Assembly (NCBI GenBank): GCA_965224085.1
Contig: CBDCYI010000004.1
Span: 1 to 64,000, forward strand
DNA: 64,000 nucleotides
From: Candidatus Marinacidobacterales bacterium
Lineage (GTDB): Bacteria > Acidobacteriota > Vicinamibacteria > Marinacidobacterales > SMYC01
Direction: 5' to 3'
The notes below the pieces were generated by a model, which had not been told where the DNA came from, made no database searches, and saw nothing but the letters and a program-made list of their open reading frames with translations. Made by a program: the position numbers and the translations under genes. Positions within the stretch are counted from its first letter, which is position 1. Every line of letters starts with the position of its first letter. Below, one piece after another: positions 9,521 through 20,194 of this stretch.

Positions 9521-12232
9521 TCAAGGTTGTCCGGAATCCGTTGCTTTCTCCGACACCGCTCCATGATCCAAAACAGAGGCGTGGATGGCGTTGAACAACA
9601 GCTTGTACGTGTTGAGGGATTGAGCCCTGAACTGGGGCCGGAAACCGATCAACACGATGCGGCCGCTATCGAATCGGACTTCGGCCGCCGCGATGCGCTG
9701 ATGTAGATGCTCGTGGCCGTGGATCCAACCGCTTTGAAGCGGATTCCGACTGGGATAGCGCGCGATGATCGATACATCGGTGTAGCTGAAACCGGGCGCC
9801 ACATCGAAGGCCGCGCTCCCGCTGAAATTCGCGGTCGCCGTCGTCGCCATGCCGTAAGCGACCGGGTGGCGGGAATCGACTTGGATCTCGAGCAGTGATC
9901 CGGGAGCCGAGAACTCTTCGCGGCTCAGCCCCTTCAAAGCGTCCTGCAGCGGCACGGGCCAGTTGTCGACGGCCAAAGAGGTGGCACGGTCCATGAGGAC
10001 GAGGCTGCCTCCTTCACGGACGAAGGTCTCGAGTGCGTCGAGACCCGACGGCTCGATGCCCCCCTTGTACTTTTCGGGTGTCACTTTGGACGTGTTCCCT
10101 TCGAGGAGCTGCTTTCCCGTTCGATCTCCCGCGAATACGATCGCGTCGAAGCGCTCGCCGAGCTTTCCCGATTTGAGATCGTCGTTATGGATCGTCTCGA
10201 AAGCGAACTCATGCTGCTCGAGGATGAAGCGCGTCCAACCTTCGTCCATTGACGCTGTCCACGGTTGATACAGGGCGACTCGTGGTGTCCGCAATCGTCG
10301 ACGCGGTGCGTCGAGCGCCTCGGATAGCTCGACGCCTCGCAAGCCCAGGCGGCGCACCGTCTCGGTCAGAGTCTCGGCGCTCGCGTCTTCGACAAGTAGG
10401 CTCCCGGCCGGGTAGCGTTGCCCGGAAACATCGATCGCTTTGTCGATCCAAGACACCGTGGCGCCGGCTTTCAGAAGCCGATTGGTTGCGGTCGTCTTGG
10501 CATTGGGCTCAGGAGAGATCACGAAGCCGAATTCACCAGAGCCGATTGCCTCGAGAGTGCCCACGGGAGGCGCTACAGTCGAAAGCTTGGTCAGCTTCGA
10601 CTCGAACGCGTCGTCGATGGGCTCCTCGATTAACGCGCACTTCACCCCCATTTGCAGCGGCGCCGTCCATCCGGTCACGTCATAGGGCTGATCTCGCATC
10701 GTTCCCGCCGGGTAGTCGGACGGCGTCGGGTGGTTCTGGATTTCCAGCAGGTCTTTCGCATAAGCGCGAAAAGGCTGCGCCATGAGCACCACATGAGAGC
10801 CCGCGGAAAAAGTCTCTCCTCCGGCCTCGAAGGGCTCCGAAGCCTGGTGGATGTCGAGCCCTGCATAATGCAGCACTTCCAGAAGCTGGGCCAGAGCACC
10901 TGGATCGTGCTGCTCGGCGGCAAAGACGAAAGCGTAAGGCTTTTCGTCCTTGCCTTTCTCGATCGCGCGCTTGCCCATCTTGATTTGATTCGCGATGAGG
11001 GTCGTTCGGTTATTGGCGATGGATTCGAGCAATGCATAAGTAATGATGAGCTCGTAGTCCACGATGTCTCTGAGGGTCCACTTGCCGCCGAGCCACGGTT
11101 TGGGGTAGTTGTTCCGCGGCATAACATCCCGTGGGGCGGATAGCGTCCTGTTGGGATCTTCGTTTTGCAAGCGACGCATCTCCGCGCGGCTCGGCGGGGG
11201 TCCTTTGGCCGGCACACCGAGCTCCGCCATTTCCTGCTCTGTGGGGGTCGCCACGCGGACGCTCGCCACCTCGGTCAGGAGTCCGACCGAATTGTGCCAC
11301 CAGGCATCCATCGCGAAACCACCTCGCCACCAGCTCGTATAGGTCACGTCATTGATGATCCCGGTTTTACCCGCCTCGTGAAGTGCTACGAACATCGCGT
11401 ACCCAAGCAGGCCGTTTTCGCCCCAGATGATCGGATCCACGTTCGGGTTGATCGGATTGGTCCAGGGCGGCACGAAGATACGCGCGTTGCTCTGCCCCAT
11501 CTGATGCTCGTCGAGGAAGACCTGCGGGAACCAGTCTCGATACAGCACATGCGTCAGATAACGGCTTTCTTTTTGCGTGATCATGAAGCCGTCACGATTA
11601 TTGTCGTGCCCCGTATAGTGATGGTAGATCCAAGGCATACTGGCGCCAGCGTTGTCCGTGTCCTTTGTCTCGTTGTACCAGTCGGTCACCATGATTTGAC
11701 CGTCGGGGTTCATGGACGGGATGAGCAGGAACACAACGTTTTCGAGCACGTGGTCCACCCACTCGGAGTCTTCCATGGCCAGGCGGTATACGAGCTCGAG
11801 CGCCATCTGTGACGAGCCGATCTCGGTCGAGTGGATGTTGAGCGTGATCAGAACGACGGCAGGAGGTTCTTGTACGAGGCGTCGCGTTTGGGCCGGCGTC
11901 AAGTCACCGGGATAGGCGATGCGCCGCTGTCGAGCCTTGATCTGATTCAGTCGGCGTAGATTCTTTGGTGAGCTGATGGTCAAAAGCAAGAACGGATTCC
12001 CGAGAGTCGTTTTTCCAACGTCTTCGGTCAGCACACGCTCGCTCGCTACGCCCGCTTGCTTCATGTAATCGACGATGCGCTCCCAGCGGACGAGATTGCC
12101 GTCCGAGCCAATCTCAAAACCTGCAAAATCCTTTGGTTCGGGAAGCGTCTGAGCGCTGAGGCTCGTCGTCCAGAACATCGTCGCCGCGACGACCGCGGCC
12201 ACCGTCAAACGCACTGTTCGCATGGCATGCAC
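9521..12232 (-). CDS. Secreted M14 family zinc carboxypeptidase-like protein, 903 aa
   Basis: Signal peptide; NIHSTE (HxxE), NPDG, DNNRD and DEHQM motifs; C-terminal glutamine amidotransferase-like region. Confidence 0.85.
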   Translation of the reverse strand: MHAMRTVRLTVAAVVAATMFWTTSLSAQTLPEPKDFAGFEIGSDGNLVRWERIVDYMKQAGVASERVLTEDVGKTTLGNPFLLLTISSPKNLRRLNQIKARQRRIAYPGDLTPAQTRRLVQEPPAVVLITLNIHSTEIGSSQMALELVYRLAMEDSEWVDHVLENVVFLLIPSMNPDGQIMVTDWYNETKDTDNAGASMPWIYHHYTGHDNNRDGFMITQKESRYLTHVLYRDWFPQVFLDEHQMGQSNARIFVPPWTNPINPNVDPIIWGENGLLGYAMFVALHEAGKTGIINDVTYTSWWRGGFAMDAWWHNSVGLLTEVASVRVATPTEQEMAELGVPAKGPPPSRAEMRRLQNEDPNRTLSAPRDVMPRNNYPKPWLGGKWTLRDIVDYELIITYALLESIANNRTTLIANQIKMGKRAIEKGKDEKPYAFVFAAEQHDPGALAQLLEVLHYAGLDIHQASEPFEAGGETFSAGSHVVLMAQPFRAYAKDLLEIQNHPTPSDYPAGTMRDQPYDVTGWTAPLQMGVKCALIEEPIDDAFESKLTKLSTVAPPVGTLEAIGSGEFGFVISPEPNAKTTATNRLLKAGATVSWIDKAIDVSGQRYPAGSLLVEDASAETLTETVRRLGLRGVELSEALDAPRRRLRTPRVALYQPWTASMDEGWTRFILEQHEFAFETIHNDDLKSGKLGERFDAIVFAGDRTGKQLLEGNTSKVTPEKYKGGIEPSGLDALETFVREGGSLVLMDRATSLAVDNWPVPLQDALKGLSREEFSAPGSLLEIQVDSRHPVAYGMATTATANFSGSAAFDVAPGFSYTDVSIIARYPSRNPLQSGWIHGHEHLHQRIAAAEVRFDSGRIVLIGFRPQFRAQSLNTYKLLFNAIHASVLDHGAVSEKATDSGQP

Positions 12233-12489
12233 CTCAATCCGTCAAGTGGAGGGCCATTGTACCGCGAGCGAGATGCTAAACACTGTTGCCGAAGACGAGC
12301 CGTTTCGAACACCAGACCGGCAGCGAGACGAAGAAAACGAAGCTCAGCATGATGCCCATGTCGCGTTTGATGGAACGGAGCCCGGGCTCAGAGAGAGCGT
12401 TATACCAGGAACGGGCGCACGCGCGGCGGCTCGTTGCTCAAATCGGCGAGCTCCGCGGTGCGTCGATAGTAATACTCCGATAGAAGGAA

Positions 12490-12666
12490 AGAATTCGTCG
12501 TCCGTTAGCCGCTCCGCGGACCCGGTGCCGTCCGCGGCTTTCCAGAACAAGCCGACCCCGCCGCGGTCCGATTGAAACAGCACACGCTCACCGTCCGGGG
12601 TCCACACGGCGTACATATCGCTGCCCGGATCGAAAGTGAGACGCGTATATGTTCCCCGCGTCACGC
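12490..12666 (-). pseudogene. TolB/PD40 beta-propeller fragment cut by an IS
   Basis: TRLTFDPGSDMYAVWTPDGERVLFQSDR...LFWKAADGTGSAERLT; abuts the IS end at 12667. Confidence 0.6.
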
Positions 12667-13753
12667 GGCGTTGTTGCACGGCCCGGAGCAAATCGCTGAC
12701 CTCCCTGTGCCGGTCGGAGAGTCACCCGGCGCAGTAAGTATCGGGCATGCCGAGCGCGGTCATCTTGTTGAGTATCTCGCACCCAATTCGGTGTTCAACT
12801 CGTTGCCTCGCCAACGTTCGAGCCCGCATCTCGGGCCCCATGATCGCCTTGTAACGATAGACCGCGTTCTCCACCATGCTTCGCTCGGTGCAGCCTGAGA
12901 GCTTGTACCATTCACGTCGGCCGTGTCTTTCGATTGCACGAATATGGCGGTCGCGTTCCCGCATGGCGGTGTTCGAATTCTGACTGAGCGTGGCGTTTCG
13001 TTGCGGCGGAATCACCACGCGCGTCCTTCGTCCAGGGCTGTGCGCTTCGATGGCTTCGTAGACCGCTTCCTTGTCGTATGCACTGTCCGCCGCCACCGAC
13101 GCTATAGGTGCTTGAATCTGTGTTAGCAAAGGGGGGACTCGCGTTGCGTCGCGAGCTCGTGACGCCGTCAGTTCGGACGCAACAATGTTGCCGGTCTTGC
13201 GATCAACGGCGATGTGCAACTTGCGCCAGGCGCGCTGCTTTGGCGGTTTGCGGGTGGTTCCAACATGAATCCTCAAGCCCGTGCTATCGATCATCAGGTG
13301 GATTGGTTGATTGCTGGCGGCTTTTCGAATCCGCAGCTTCTTGCGGAGCAGCCTCGACCGCCGACACAACGTCGAGTAGTCCGGGATCTCGATACACAGT
13401 CGGAGAAGCGAGGCGATCGAGTGCAAGAAGCCTTCGGTTTGGCGGTAGGCAAGCTTGTACACCATCCGGACAACCAGGCCCGTTTCAATCGCCATCTCTG
13501 AATAGACCCGTTGACCGCCAGGCTTACCGCTCTTGTCGGCCTTCCAGTTCGCGATTGCCTCCTCGTCAAACCAGACCGTCAAATCGACCCGGCGGCGTAG
13601 CCCTTCGTTGTATTCCGCCCAGTTGGAAACGTGGTACTTCTTCTGCTTCGCGTGCTTGTACTGGCTGCGCTTGGGATACTTCATGGTCGAACATTACCTC
13701 GGCCACCACCATAGGTAGATTTCGCGCTCAGCCAAGAGCGGTGCAACAACGCC
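12667..13753 (-). mobile_element. IS5 family, IS903 group element
   Basis: 13-bp IRs GGCGTTGTTGCAC / GTGCAACAACGCC; no target duplication visible. Confidence 0.9.
12722..13684 (-). CDS. IS903-group transposase, 320 aa
   Basis: NWAEYNEGLRRR, IDSTGL, WRKLH, ADSAYD and RSMVENAVYRYK motifs. Confidence 0.9.
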   Translation of the reverse strand: MKYPKRSQYKHAKQKKYHVSNWAEYNEGLRRRVDLTVWFDEEAIANWKADKSGKPGGQRVYSEMAIETGLVVRMVYKLAYRQTEGFLHSIASLLRLCIEIPDYSTLCRRSRLLRKKLRIRKAASNQPIHLMIDSTGLRIHVGTTRKPPKQRAWRKLHIAVDRKTGNIVASELTASRARDATRVPPLLTQIQAPIASVAADSAYDKEAVYEAIEAHSPGRRTRVVIPPQRNATLSQNSNTAMRERDRHIRAIERHGRREWYKLSGCTERSMVENAVYRYKAIMGPEMRARTLARQRVEHRIGCEILNKMTALGMPDTYCAG

Positions 13754-13837
13754 AATGGGCGGCGCTGCTGGACACAGCCCGCTCAGAACGGGCACGCGAC
13801 AGCATACGACAAGAAACGTAACGCATGACACGCCAGC

Positions 13838-14872
13838 TTGACTGAGATGGGCCAACTTTCGCTCGCCAAGATCGCACGCGCGCTTGACGCGATGCTGGAC
13901 GATCAGATGACGGCACAGGCGCGTATCGCTGCACATCTTGTGGCCGCGGCCGAAGCGGCCGGGCATGACTCGGCGCGCGTGATCGAAACCCTCGCCGCCA
14001 TCGGCGCGAGCACGGTGCTGGACGAGATCTGGATCACGGACGAGCAGGGCGTAGCCTATCTCACCACCGTCCGGGATGAAACCGGAGCGCTGGTGCCTTT
14101 CCGGTTCGGTCCCGATCCCGCGGTCCAACCGCAGGCTTCGACGTTCTATGCCCTGCTTGCATCTTCCCTCGATAGCGACGATGCCGTGACACAGCCGGCG
14201 CAGGTGCGGGAGATTGATCATGAGATCTACAAGTACGTCGGAGTCAGCGGTGTCGACCGGCATCGGATTGTGCAAGTGGTCAATGCGCCGGCCTTTGACG
14301 AGCAGGACGTCTTGAGCAATGCCTATACCTCGCCGGTCATGACGGCCTTCGGCGAGCCAGAGATCCTGAACAACATCTATACCAACCGGCTGGCCGAGAT
14401 CAGAATCGTCCTCGATGGGATCCTCGGCCAGCAAATGATCGTGCAGGCCACGCTCGTGGATTATTTCGTAGCGGCTGCCGAGGAGGCCGGGTGGCCGACC
14501 GAGGAGATCTACGGCAGGCTGCGCCGCATCGTGGACTCCACCACGATAGGCGAGATTCACGTCGTGACCCTGGGCGGCGATGCGGTATACACCAGCCTTC
14601 CGTCGTCCCCCGCGAGCCACTTCCCGGCCGGCCTGCCGCGTGCCGATGATCGGGTTCGGCTCACGGAAGGGACGACGCAAGTCGTGCATGACACCGCGCC
14701 GCGGGTCTCGGACGGCGCCGTCTACAAGTACGTCACGGTCGCCAGCGCAAACTCTCCACGTTGGATGCAGGTGGGCCTGCCGATCGAAAGCAGCTCACCC
14801 TTGTCCCTGGGTTCCCCACCATCCGCAGTTGGAAGCGCGGACCCGGAGGTGGAACCGGACGGTCGGACATAG
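13838..14872 (+). CDS. Tandem Cache-like sensor-domain protein, paralogous to the SpoIIE sensor region; probably 5'-truncated by the IS
   Basis: DEIWITD...QPQASTFYALL...QPAQVREID..YKYVGVSGVDRHRIVQV closely matches 19259..20194; the domain is internally repeated. Confidence 0.7.
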   Translation: MTEMGQLSLAKIARALDAMLDDQMTAQARIAAHLVAAAEAAGHDSARVIETLAAIGASTVLDEIWITDEQGVAYLTTVRDETGALVPFRFGPDPAVQPQASTFYALLASSLDSDDAVTQPAQVREIDHEIYKYVGVSGVDRHRIVQVVNAPAFDEQDVLSNAYTSPVMTAFGEPEILNNIYTNRLAEIRIVLDGILGQQMIVQATLVDYFVAAAEEAGWPTEEIYGRLRRIVDSTTIGEIHVVTLGGDAVYTSLPSSPASHFPAGLPRADDRVRLTEGTTQVVHDTAPRVSDGAVYKYVTVASANSPRWMQVGLPIESSSPLSLGSPPSAVGSADPEVEPDGRT

Positions 14873-14890
14873 CTTCGGATGTGGACATAG

Positions 14891-15550
14891 ATGTCGACCA
14901 AAGGATCACGGAACAGAGACGGCCCCGAATGCGGCAGCAATCCAACCCAGTCGCCCAGCGCAAAACACATCTGCGTCTATCTGGCCGGGAACATCGGAAC
15001 CCGCGAGGAGCATGTCCGAGAGGCCGAGACCCTGGGCTGCCTGATGGCGAGGGAAGGGATCGGTCTGGTGTACGGTGGGGCGAGGGTCGGGCTGATGGGT
15101 GCCCTGGCCGACGCCGTCCTTGCGCACGGCGGCAGCGTCACCGGCGTCATCCCACGACATCTGGAATACCAGGACGTGGCCCACGACGGCCTGAGCCAAC
15201 TGCATGTGGTCGACACCATGCATGAACGGAAATACAAGATGCAGTCCTTGGCGGACGCGTCGCTGGCCTTGCCCGGGGGTTTTGGAACGATCGAGGAGAT
15301 ATTCGAGGCGCTCACCTGGGCGCAGATCGAGCTGCATGAGAAGCCGTGCGTCTTGTTGAACAGTGACGGCTACTACGATTACCTGTTCAAGTTTCTGGAC
15401 CACGCGGTCGCCGAGGGGCTGCTGAAGGGTAAAAACCGTGCGTTGGCCCTGCAGGCGCCGACCGCCGAATCGGCGTTGCAGATGATCCGGTCGTCCTGGG
15501 CAAAAAAAGAAGGTGCCCTAGTCCAAACCTTGCGGGCCTACCGGCGTTGA
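14891..15550 (+). CDS. log: LOG family nucleotide 5'-monophosphate phosphoribohydrolase (TIGR00730-like)
   Basis: LVYGGARVGLMGALAD, MHERK and PGGFGTIEE motifs. Confidence 0.9.
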   Translation: MSTKGSRNRDGPECGSNPTQSPSAKHICVYLAGNIGTREEHVREAETLGCLMAREGIGLVYGGARVGLMGALADAVLAHGGSVTGVIPRHLEYQDVAHDGLSQLHVVDTMHERKYKMQSLADASLALPGGFGTIEEIFEALTWAQIELHEKPCVLLNSDGYYDYLFKFLDHAVAEGLLKGKNRALALQAPTAESALQMIRSSWAKKEGALVQTLRAYRR

Positions 15551-15607
15551 AGCCCTGATGGAGCGGGGCGCCCGTATCGTAACGCCGGGGGGGGGGGGTG
15601 CCACGGG

Positions 15608-15949
15608 TCAGGCGAAGACGTCCAGAGCCGTTTGGCGCGACTCCTTGATCACGATGATCCGGTCGAAGCCGCTGATTCGGAAGACTTCCTCGATGTGTTT
15701 CCTCATGGCGCAGAGGACGATCCGCCCCTTGATCGTCTGCAGCGCCCGGGTGGCGAGCAGGGCGACCCGCAGACCAGCGCTGCTGATGAAGTCGAGACGG
15801 TTGAAATCGATGACCAGGTGCCGCTCGCCGCTGTTGATGTGCTCCATGACGATCGATTCGAACGCGCTGGCGTTCCCGCTATCCAGGCGTCCGATGGGGA
15901 GCAGCACGAGCACATCGTGATGCCGTTCTTCCAAAACTTCGATATCCAT
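15608..15949 (-). CDS. STAS-domain anti-sigma factor antagonist
   Basis: GRLDS, LDFISSAGLRV (phospho-Ser motif), EVFRISGFD. Confidence 0.9.
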   Translation of the reverse strand: MDIEVLEERHHDVLVLLPIGRLDSGNASAFESIVMEHINSGERHLVIDFNRLDFISSAGLRVALLATRALQTIKGRIVLCAMRKHIEEVFRISGFDRIIVIKESRQTALDVFA

Positions 15950-16028
15950 CGGTGACACCAGCCGGGTGCAGTGTGGATTCCACCGCATTCCACGCCTGTC
16001 GGCGCGGAGCTTCATTGAAGCGAGTCCG

Positions 16029-16862
16029 TCAGTACTGCCAGATCACCAGCAGTTGCGGCACGTTGTCATCTTCGTCTGCGCCCAGCTTGTTCCGCCAGTA
16101 CTGGTACTCTATTCCCACCAGCAATTGATTCGTCGCTCCAAACACCGCGCCCAAGTCCCAGGTGAGCTGGGGCTGCGCGAGAATCCAGCCCTTGCTCCGA
16201 TTGCCGAACTCGTCCCTCGTCCCGCCGATGTACTCGGCATGACCGCCAAACAAGAATGATTGGCTGCCGAGCTGAAAAGGGAGCGCCCAACTGACATCGA
16301 ACATGAAGCTGCTGCTGGTCCGGGGAGCGCCACCCCCCTTGACACCGCTGTTGGCGTCGATGAAGGCCGTCCAGTCGGTGTTGAGGAATGCGAAGCCCGG
16401 CACTTGCCAGGACGCCCGCACGCCGGGCAGGTACTTGAAGACATCGGCGTCCGCGCCGAAGTTGATGCCGCCGATGAGCGCGATGTCGCGGAGCGGCCCC
16501 AGCTGGAACTTCGTGCCCGACAGCTTGCTGACGCTTAGGGTTGGATACCACTCGCCATAGAGGTCCTTGTCGTTGAAACCGTCATGACCGCCATCGTCGA
16601 GGATGTCGACAAAAAAGTAGCTGTCTCCCAACCGCCAACTCGTCGCATGCTGGACGGTGAGAATGGAAGTGTATTCCCGTACGCCCGAGAAGGGGTTCGT
16701 GAGCTTGCCGTACTGGTAGTGGAATTGGGCCTGTGCGGCTGCCGCCGAGGCGGACGCCAGAACCAGGCACGCGCCCAAGACGCATAGTAGCAGGCCCGGC
16801 ACATAGGGGTGTACGGTCATGGGGTGTGCCTTCTTCACATTCTCATTGTCCGAGCCTGACAA
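16029..16862 (-). CDS. Tsx/OmpK-like outer-membrane channel (likely start at 16820)
   Basis: Signal peptide; TVQHA..W..GDSYFFVD, YGEWYP, LAQPQL.WD, VGIEYQYWRNKLG; C-terminal aromatic residue. Confidence 0.75.
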   Translation of the reverse strand: MSGSDNENVKKAHPMTVHPYVPGLLLCVLGACLVLASASAAAAQAQFHYQYGKLTNPFSGVREYTSILTVQHATSWRLGDSYFFVDILDDGGHDGFNDKDLYGEWYPTLSVSKLSGTKFQLGPLRDIALIGGINFGADADVFKYLPGVRASWQVPGFAFLNTDWTAFIDANSGVKGGGAPRTSSSFMFDVSWALPFQLGSQSFLFGGHAEYIGGTRDEFGNRSKGWILAQPQLTWDLGAVFGATNQLLVGIEYQYWRNKLGADEDDNVPQLLVIWQY

Positions 16863-17012
16863 TCGATGCTATGGCGCCGGGGTGAACCCGCAACGGATCC
16901 AAGTTGCAGGCAGTGCTTGGAAAATTCATCGGTCCGGTTTCGTTCACGCCGTATGACTGTGTCCCCGCCTTCATCTGATAAGCCGCCGCACTTGTGAAGG
17001 ATCGAGGTGCGG

Positions 17013-17351
17013 TCAGAACAAATTCATGGAAGCCTTACGGGAGTCCTGGATCGGGATAAGCTGATCGAAGCCGCTGATCGTGAAAACTTCATGGATGTGC
17101 TCCCGCATGTCGCACAGGACGAGCTTCCCTTGGGTCGCGCTGAACTTCTTGGCCGCGATGAGAAGCACCCTCAGGCCGGAACTGCTGATGAAGTTCAGAC
17201 GGCTGAAATCGACGATCATGCGCTGTTCGCCTTTGCTGATGTGATCCATGACGATGGATTCGAATGCGCGTGCGTTCGTGCTGTCGAGCCGGTCGACCGG
17301 CAACAGCACAAGGACATCGTTGTCTCGTTCTTCAACAACTTCAATGTTCAT
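17013..17351 (-). CDS. STAS-domain anti-sigma factor antagonist (paralog of 15608..15949)
   Basis: RLDS, LNFISSSGLRVLL, EVFTISGFD. Confidence 0.9.
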   Translation of the reverse strand: MNIEVVEERDNDVLVLLPVDRLDSTNARAFESIVMDHISKGEQRMIVDFSRLNFISSSGLRVLLIAAKKFSATQGKLVLCDMREHIHEVFTISGFDQLIPIQDSRKASMNLF

Positions 17352-17397
17352 CGATACGCCTCTTCCTCGGTCAGGCGCGATTCCCAACAATGTTACG

Positions 17398-17823
17398 CTA
17401 TGCGGGCTTGAGATCGTGCTCCAAAGTCAAACGGTTCTTCCCCCCCACGAACTCGTAGGAGATGCGGCTGGCGAAGTTCTTGACCAGATGGAGACCCAGG
17501 CCGCCCACATTACGGGCTTCCAGCGGCGCCTTAATGTTCTGGTTCGTGTCGAGGGTCGGGTCGAACGGGTTCCCGTTGTCCTCCACGGTCAGGGTCAAGA
17601 TATCACACTCGACCTTCAAGTGGATATCGATCCTGGGATCGATCCCGTCCTCGAAGGTGCCGTGGGTCACGGTATTCGTGATCAACTCGTCCAGCTCCAG
17701 GTTGAGGGCGAACACTTTCGGTGCGGGCACGTTATTGGCCTCTCCGAAATCTTCAACCATGGTCGCCAGATCGCTGAGCTCAGACAGCCGGGCGAGTAGT
17801 GTGACGCGTAATTCATCACACAT
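17398..17823 (-). CDS. RsbW/SpoIIAB-like anti-sigma factor Ser kinase
   Basis: LDELITNTVTHG (N box), EDNGNPFDP (G1), GGLGLHLV (G2). Confidence 0.9.
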   Translation of the reverse strand: MCDELRVTLLARLSELSDLATMVEDFGEANNVPAPKVFALNLELDELITNTVTHGTFEDGIDPRIDIHLKVECDILTLTVEDNGNPFDPTLDTNQNIKAPLEARNVGGLGLHLVKNFASRISYEFVGGKNRLTLEHDLKPA

Positions 17824-17904
17824 AGTGTTGGTTGCTCCTTGACGATTTAAGCCGTTCTAACCTTATAACAACACTCCGCTTGCGATCACGCAAGGAAACG
17901 GCCT

Positions 17905-20194
17905 TCACAACGCTTCCGGGAAGTTTATTCGGCGTCGCAGAACGAGGCAGGTCATGTCGTCGGTGGCCGCGGTGCCTGCCGAGAAATTCCCGATCCGGTC
18001 CCATACATTGTTCACGATGTGCTCCGGCGATTGCCGCGAAGAACCGTTCAGCGTTCCCTCCAGCCGCTCCTTGCCGAACAGTTCGCCGTTGCGGTTCATG
18101 GCGTCGGTGAGGCCGTCGGTATACATGAACAGTGTTTCTCCTGGCTGAAGGACCTCATGTCCGCTTGAGTAGTCAAATTCCTCCAACAAACCCATCGCGA
18201 GTCCGCCGGTCAGAGGGAGTGCCCGTCTGGAGTCGTTGGTGCCTATCAGAAACGGGGGCTCGTGCCCGGCGCAGACGTAGTCGACCGCGCCGTTTTCGAG
18301 GTTGACCATGGCAAGCATGCAGGTGACGAACATACCCATCGGGTTCTGGCTGCACAGACGGCGGTTCGTGTCCTCGGCAATTGCGGCGACCTCGGCGGCA
18401 CTCGTGGCGCTATCGGCGCGCCCGAGGAAAGCGGACTTGACCGCCGACTGGGACGCCGCCATGAACAGGGCTGCGGCCACCCCCTTGCCCGAGACGTCGC
18501 CGATGACGAAGAACAGCATCCCGTCCGACGGCCCCACGACATCGACGAAATCGCCGCCCACTTGCTTCGCCGGGGTCATCCGCGCGTAGACGGAGAAAGG
18601 GCCTAGCTCGGCGTCCCCTTCCCGCACCAAAGCGCGCTGCACGAGCTTCGCCATCGCCAGATCTTCTTCCATGGCTTCATGCGCCATGCGCAGTTGATGG
18701 TTGCTCTGTTGCAGCTCCCGGGTCCTTTCCGAAACCAGCGTCTCGAGCTGTTCCTCGCGGTTGAAGACCTGGACCGTCATGTCGCTGAAGACGCGCGCCA
18801 GGCTGCCGATCTCGTCGGATCTGCGGATCACCGGTTCCATGACGCCGGGATCGGGTTGTTCTCCGGTTTCCACCTGCCGGGCAGCGTCAGCGATGATCTC
18901 GATCGGATGCGTCAGCAATCGCGTGCCGAAGAGCGCGGCCAAGGCGGTGAAACCGAGCAGCGCGAACGCAATCAGGGCTGTGTTTCGCGCTTCGCCGCGC
19001 ACCGCGAGCGCGATGTCGTCAAGGCTGACGGCCATGGCCAGGCCACCGATCAGGATCCCGCCGGCGTTGACAATCGGGAATGCGACCACGATGCCGCGGT
19101 CATCGGGTGAGAACAGACTCAGACTTGCCCTACTGACCGCGCTTTCTTGGGCCATCGCATTTTCCATGATCCGTTCGCCGCGGCGCTCGAAGATCCCCGC
19201 CGTGTCGACGATCTCGTCACCGGTTTGCATCTCCGCGCGCGGCGCAACCGCGGCCAGCTCACCCTCGAGATTGACGATCCAGAGCGCCTGGAGATTTCGG
19301 GAACGGACCAGGATGTCGGCCTGCTGCTGGTAGACCGAGTAGAGCAGATTGCCCGCGCTGCTTTCGATGGGCACGCCGACCTGGATCAGGCGCGACGAGT
19401 CCCGGCTGGCCCTTGTGACGTACTTGTAGATGGTGCCGTCGGAGGCGCGCGGCGATGTCGGGTGCTCGACCACCGTCTCCGACCCGCCCAGCAGGGCGCC
19501 GAGACCATCGAAGTGCGGTGTGTGGGCCAGAGTCTGGTCCGCAACATTCCTCAGGAGCTCCTGATCGCCAAACACCAGGGCATCCCCGACTTGCACGATC
19601 CTCTGCTGGTCGACGCCGCCGACGCCAACGTACTTTGAAAACCTGTTGGTCGATCTCCCGCACCTGCGCAGGCTGAGTGATGAAGTCATCGCCGTCGAGG
19701 GGCGCCGTCAGCAAAGTGTAGAACTTGGACGCCTGCGGCTGCACCGCGGGATTGGGATCAAACTGGAAGGGTACCAGAGCGCCGGTTTCATCCCGGACGT
19801 TGGTGAGATAAGCGTAGGCCTGATCGTCTGTGACCCAGAACTCGTCGAGCACCGTGTCCCGGACGGTCGCTTCTAGGAGCTCGATGATCCGGGGCGGGTC
19901 GTATCCGGCGGCTTCGGAGGCGTCGACCATGTGAGCGACAATGCGCGCCTGGGCTGTCATCGGCTCGTCGAGCGTGGAATCCAATGTCCGCGCGACATTG
20001 GCCAGCGAGATCTCGCCCATCTCGGCGAAGGTGTCCGAGATCAACTCAGCCAGATGCACGGCCGCGATTTCAGCTTCGTCTCGCAAGGCCGTCGCGGAAT
20101 TGTAAAGCAGGGTAGCCGAGGTCGTCAGGATCGCGACCGAAAGCAGTCCCGCCAGGGCGACGAACACACGGGCCGCCAAGCGCAGGCCCTTCAT
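17905..20194 (-). pseudogene. Membrane sensor PP2C/SpoIIE phosphatase (TM-Cache-like-TM-HAMP-PP2C) split by a 1-nt frameshift near 19635
   Basis: C-terminal part has DEIGSLARVF (HAMP), VGGDF, IGDVSGKG, YTDGLTD, DDMT; N-terminal part in another frame; one extra A relative to the paralog. Confidence 0.85.

Noticed and set aside
15587-15598. G12 tract as a phase-variation switch
   Set aside because: Lies between two convergent stop codons, not in a promoter or supported CDS
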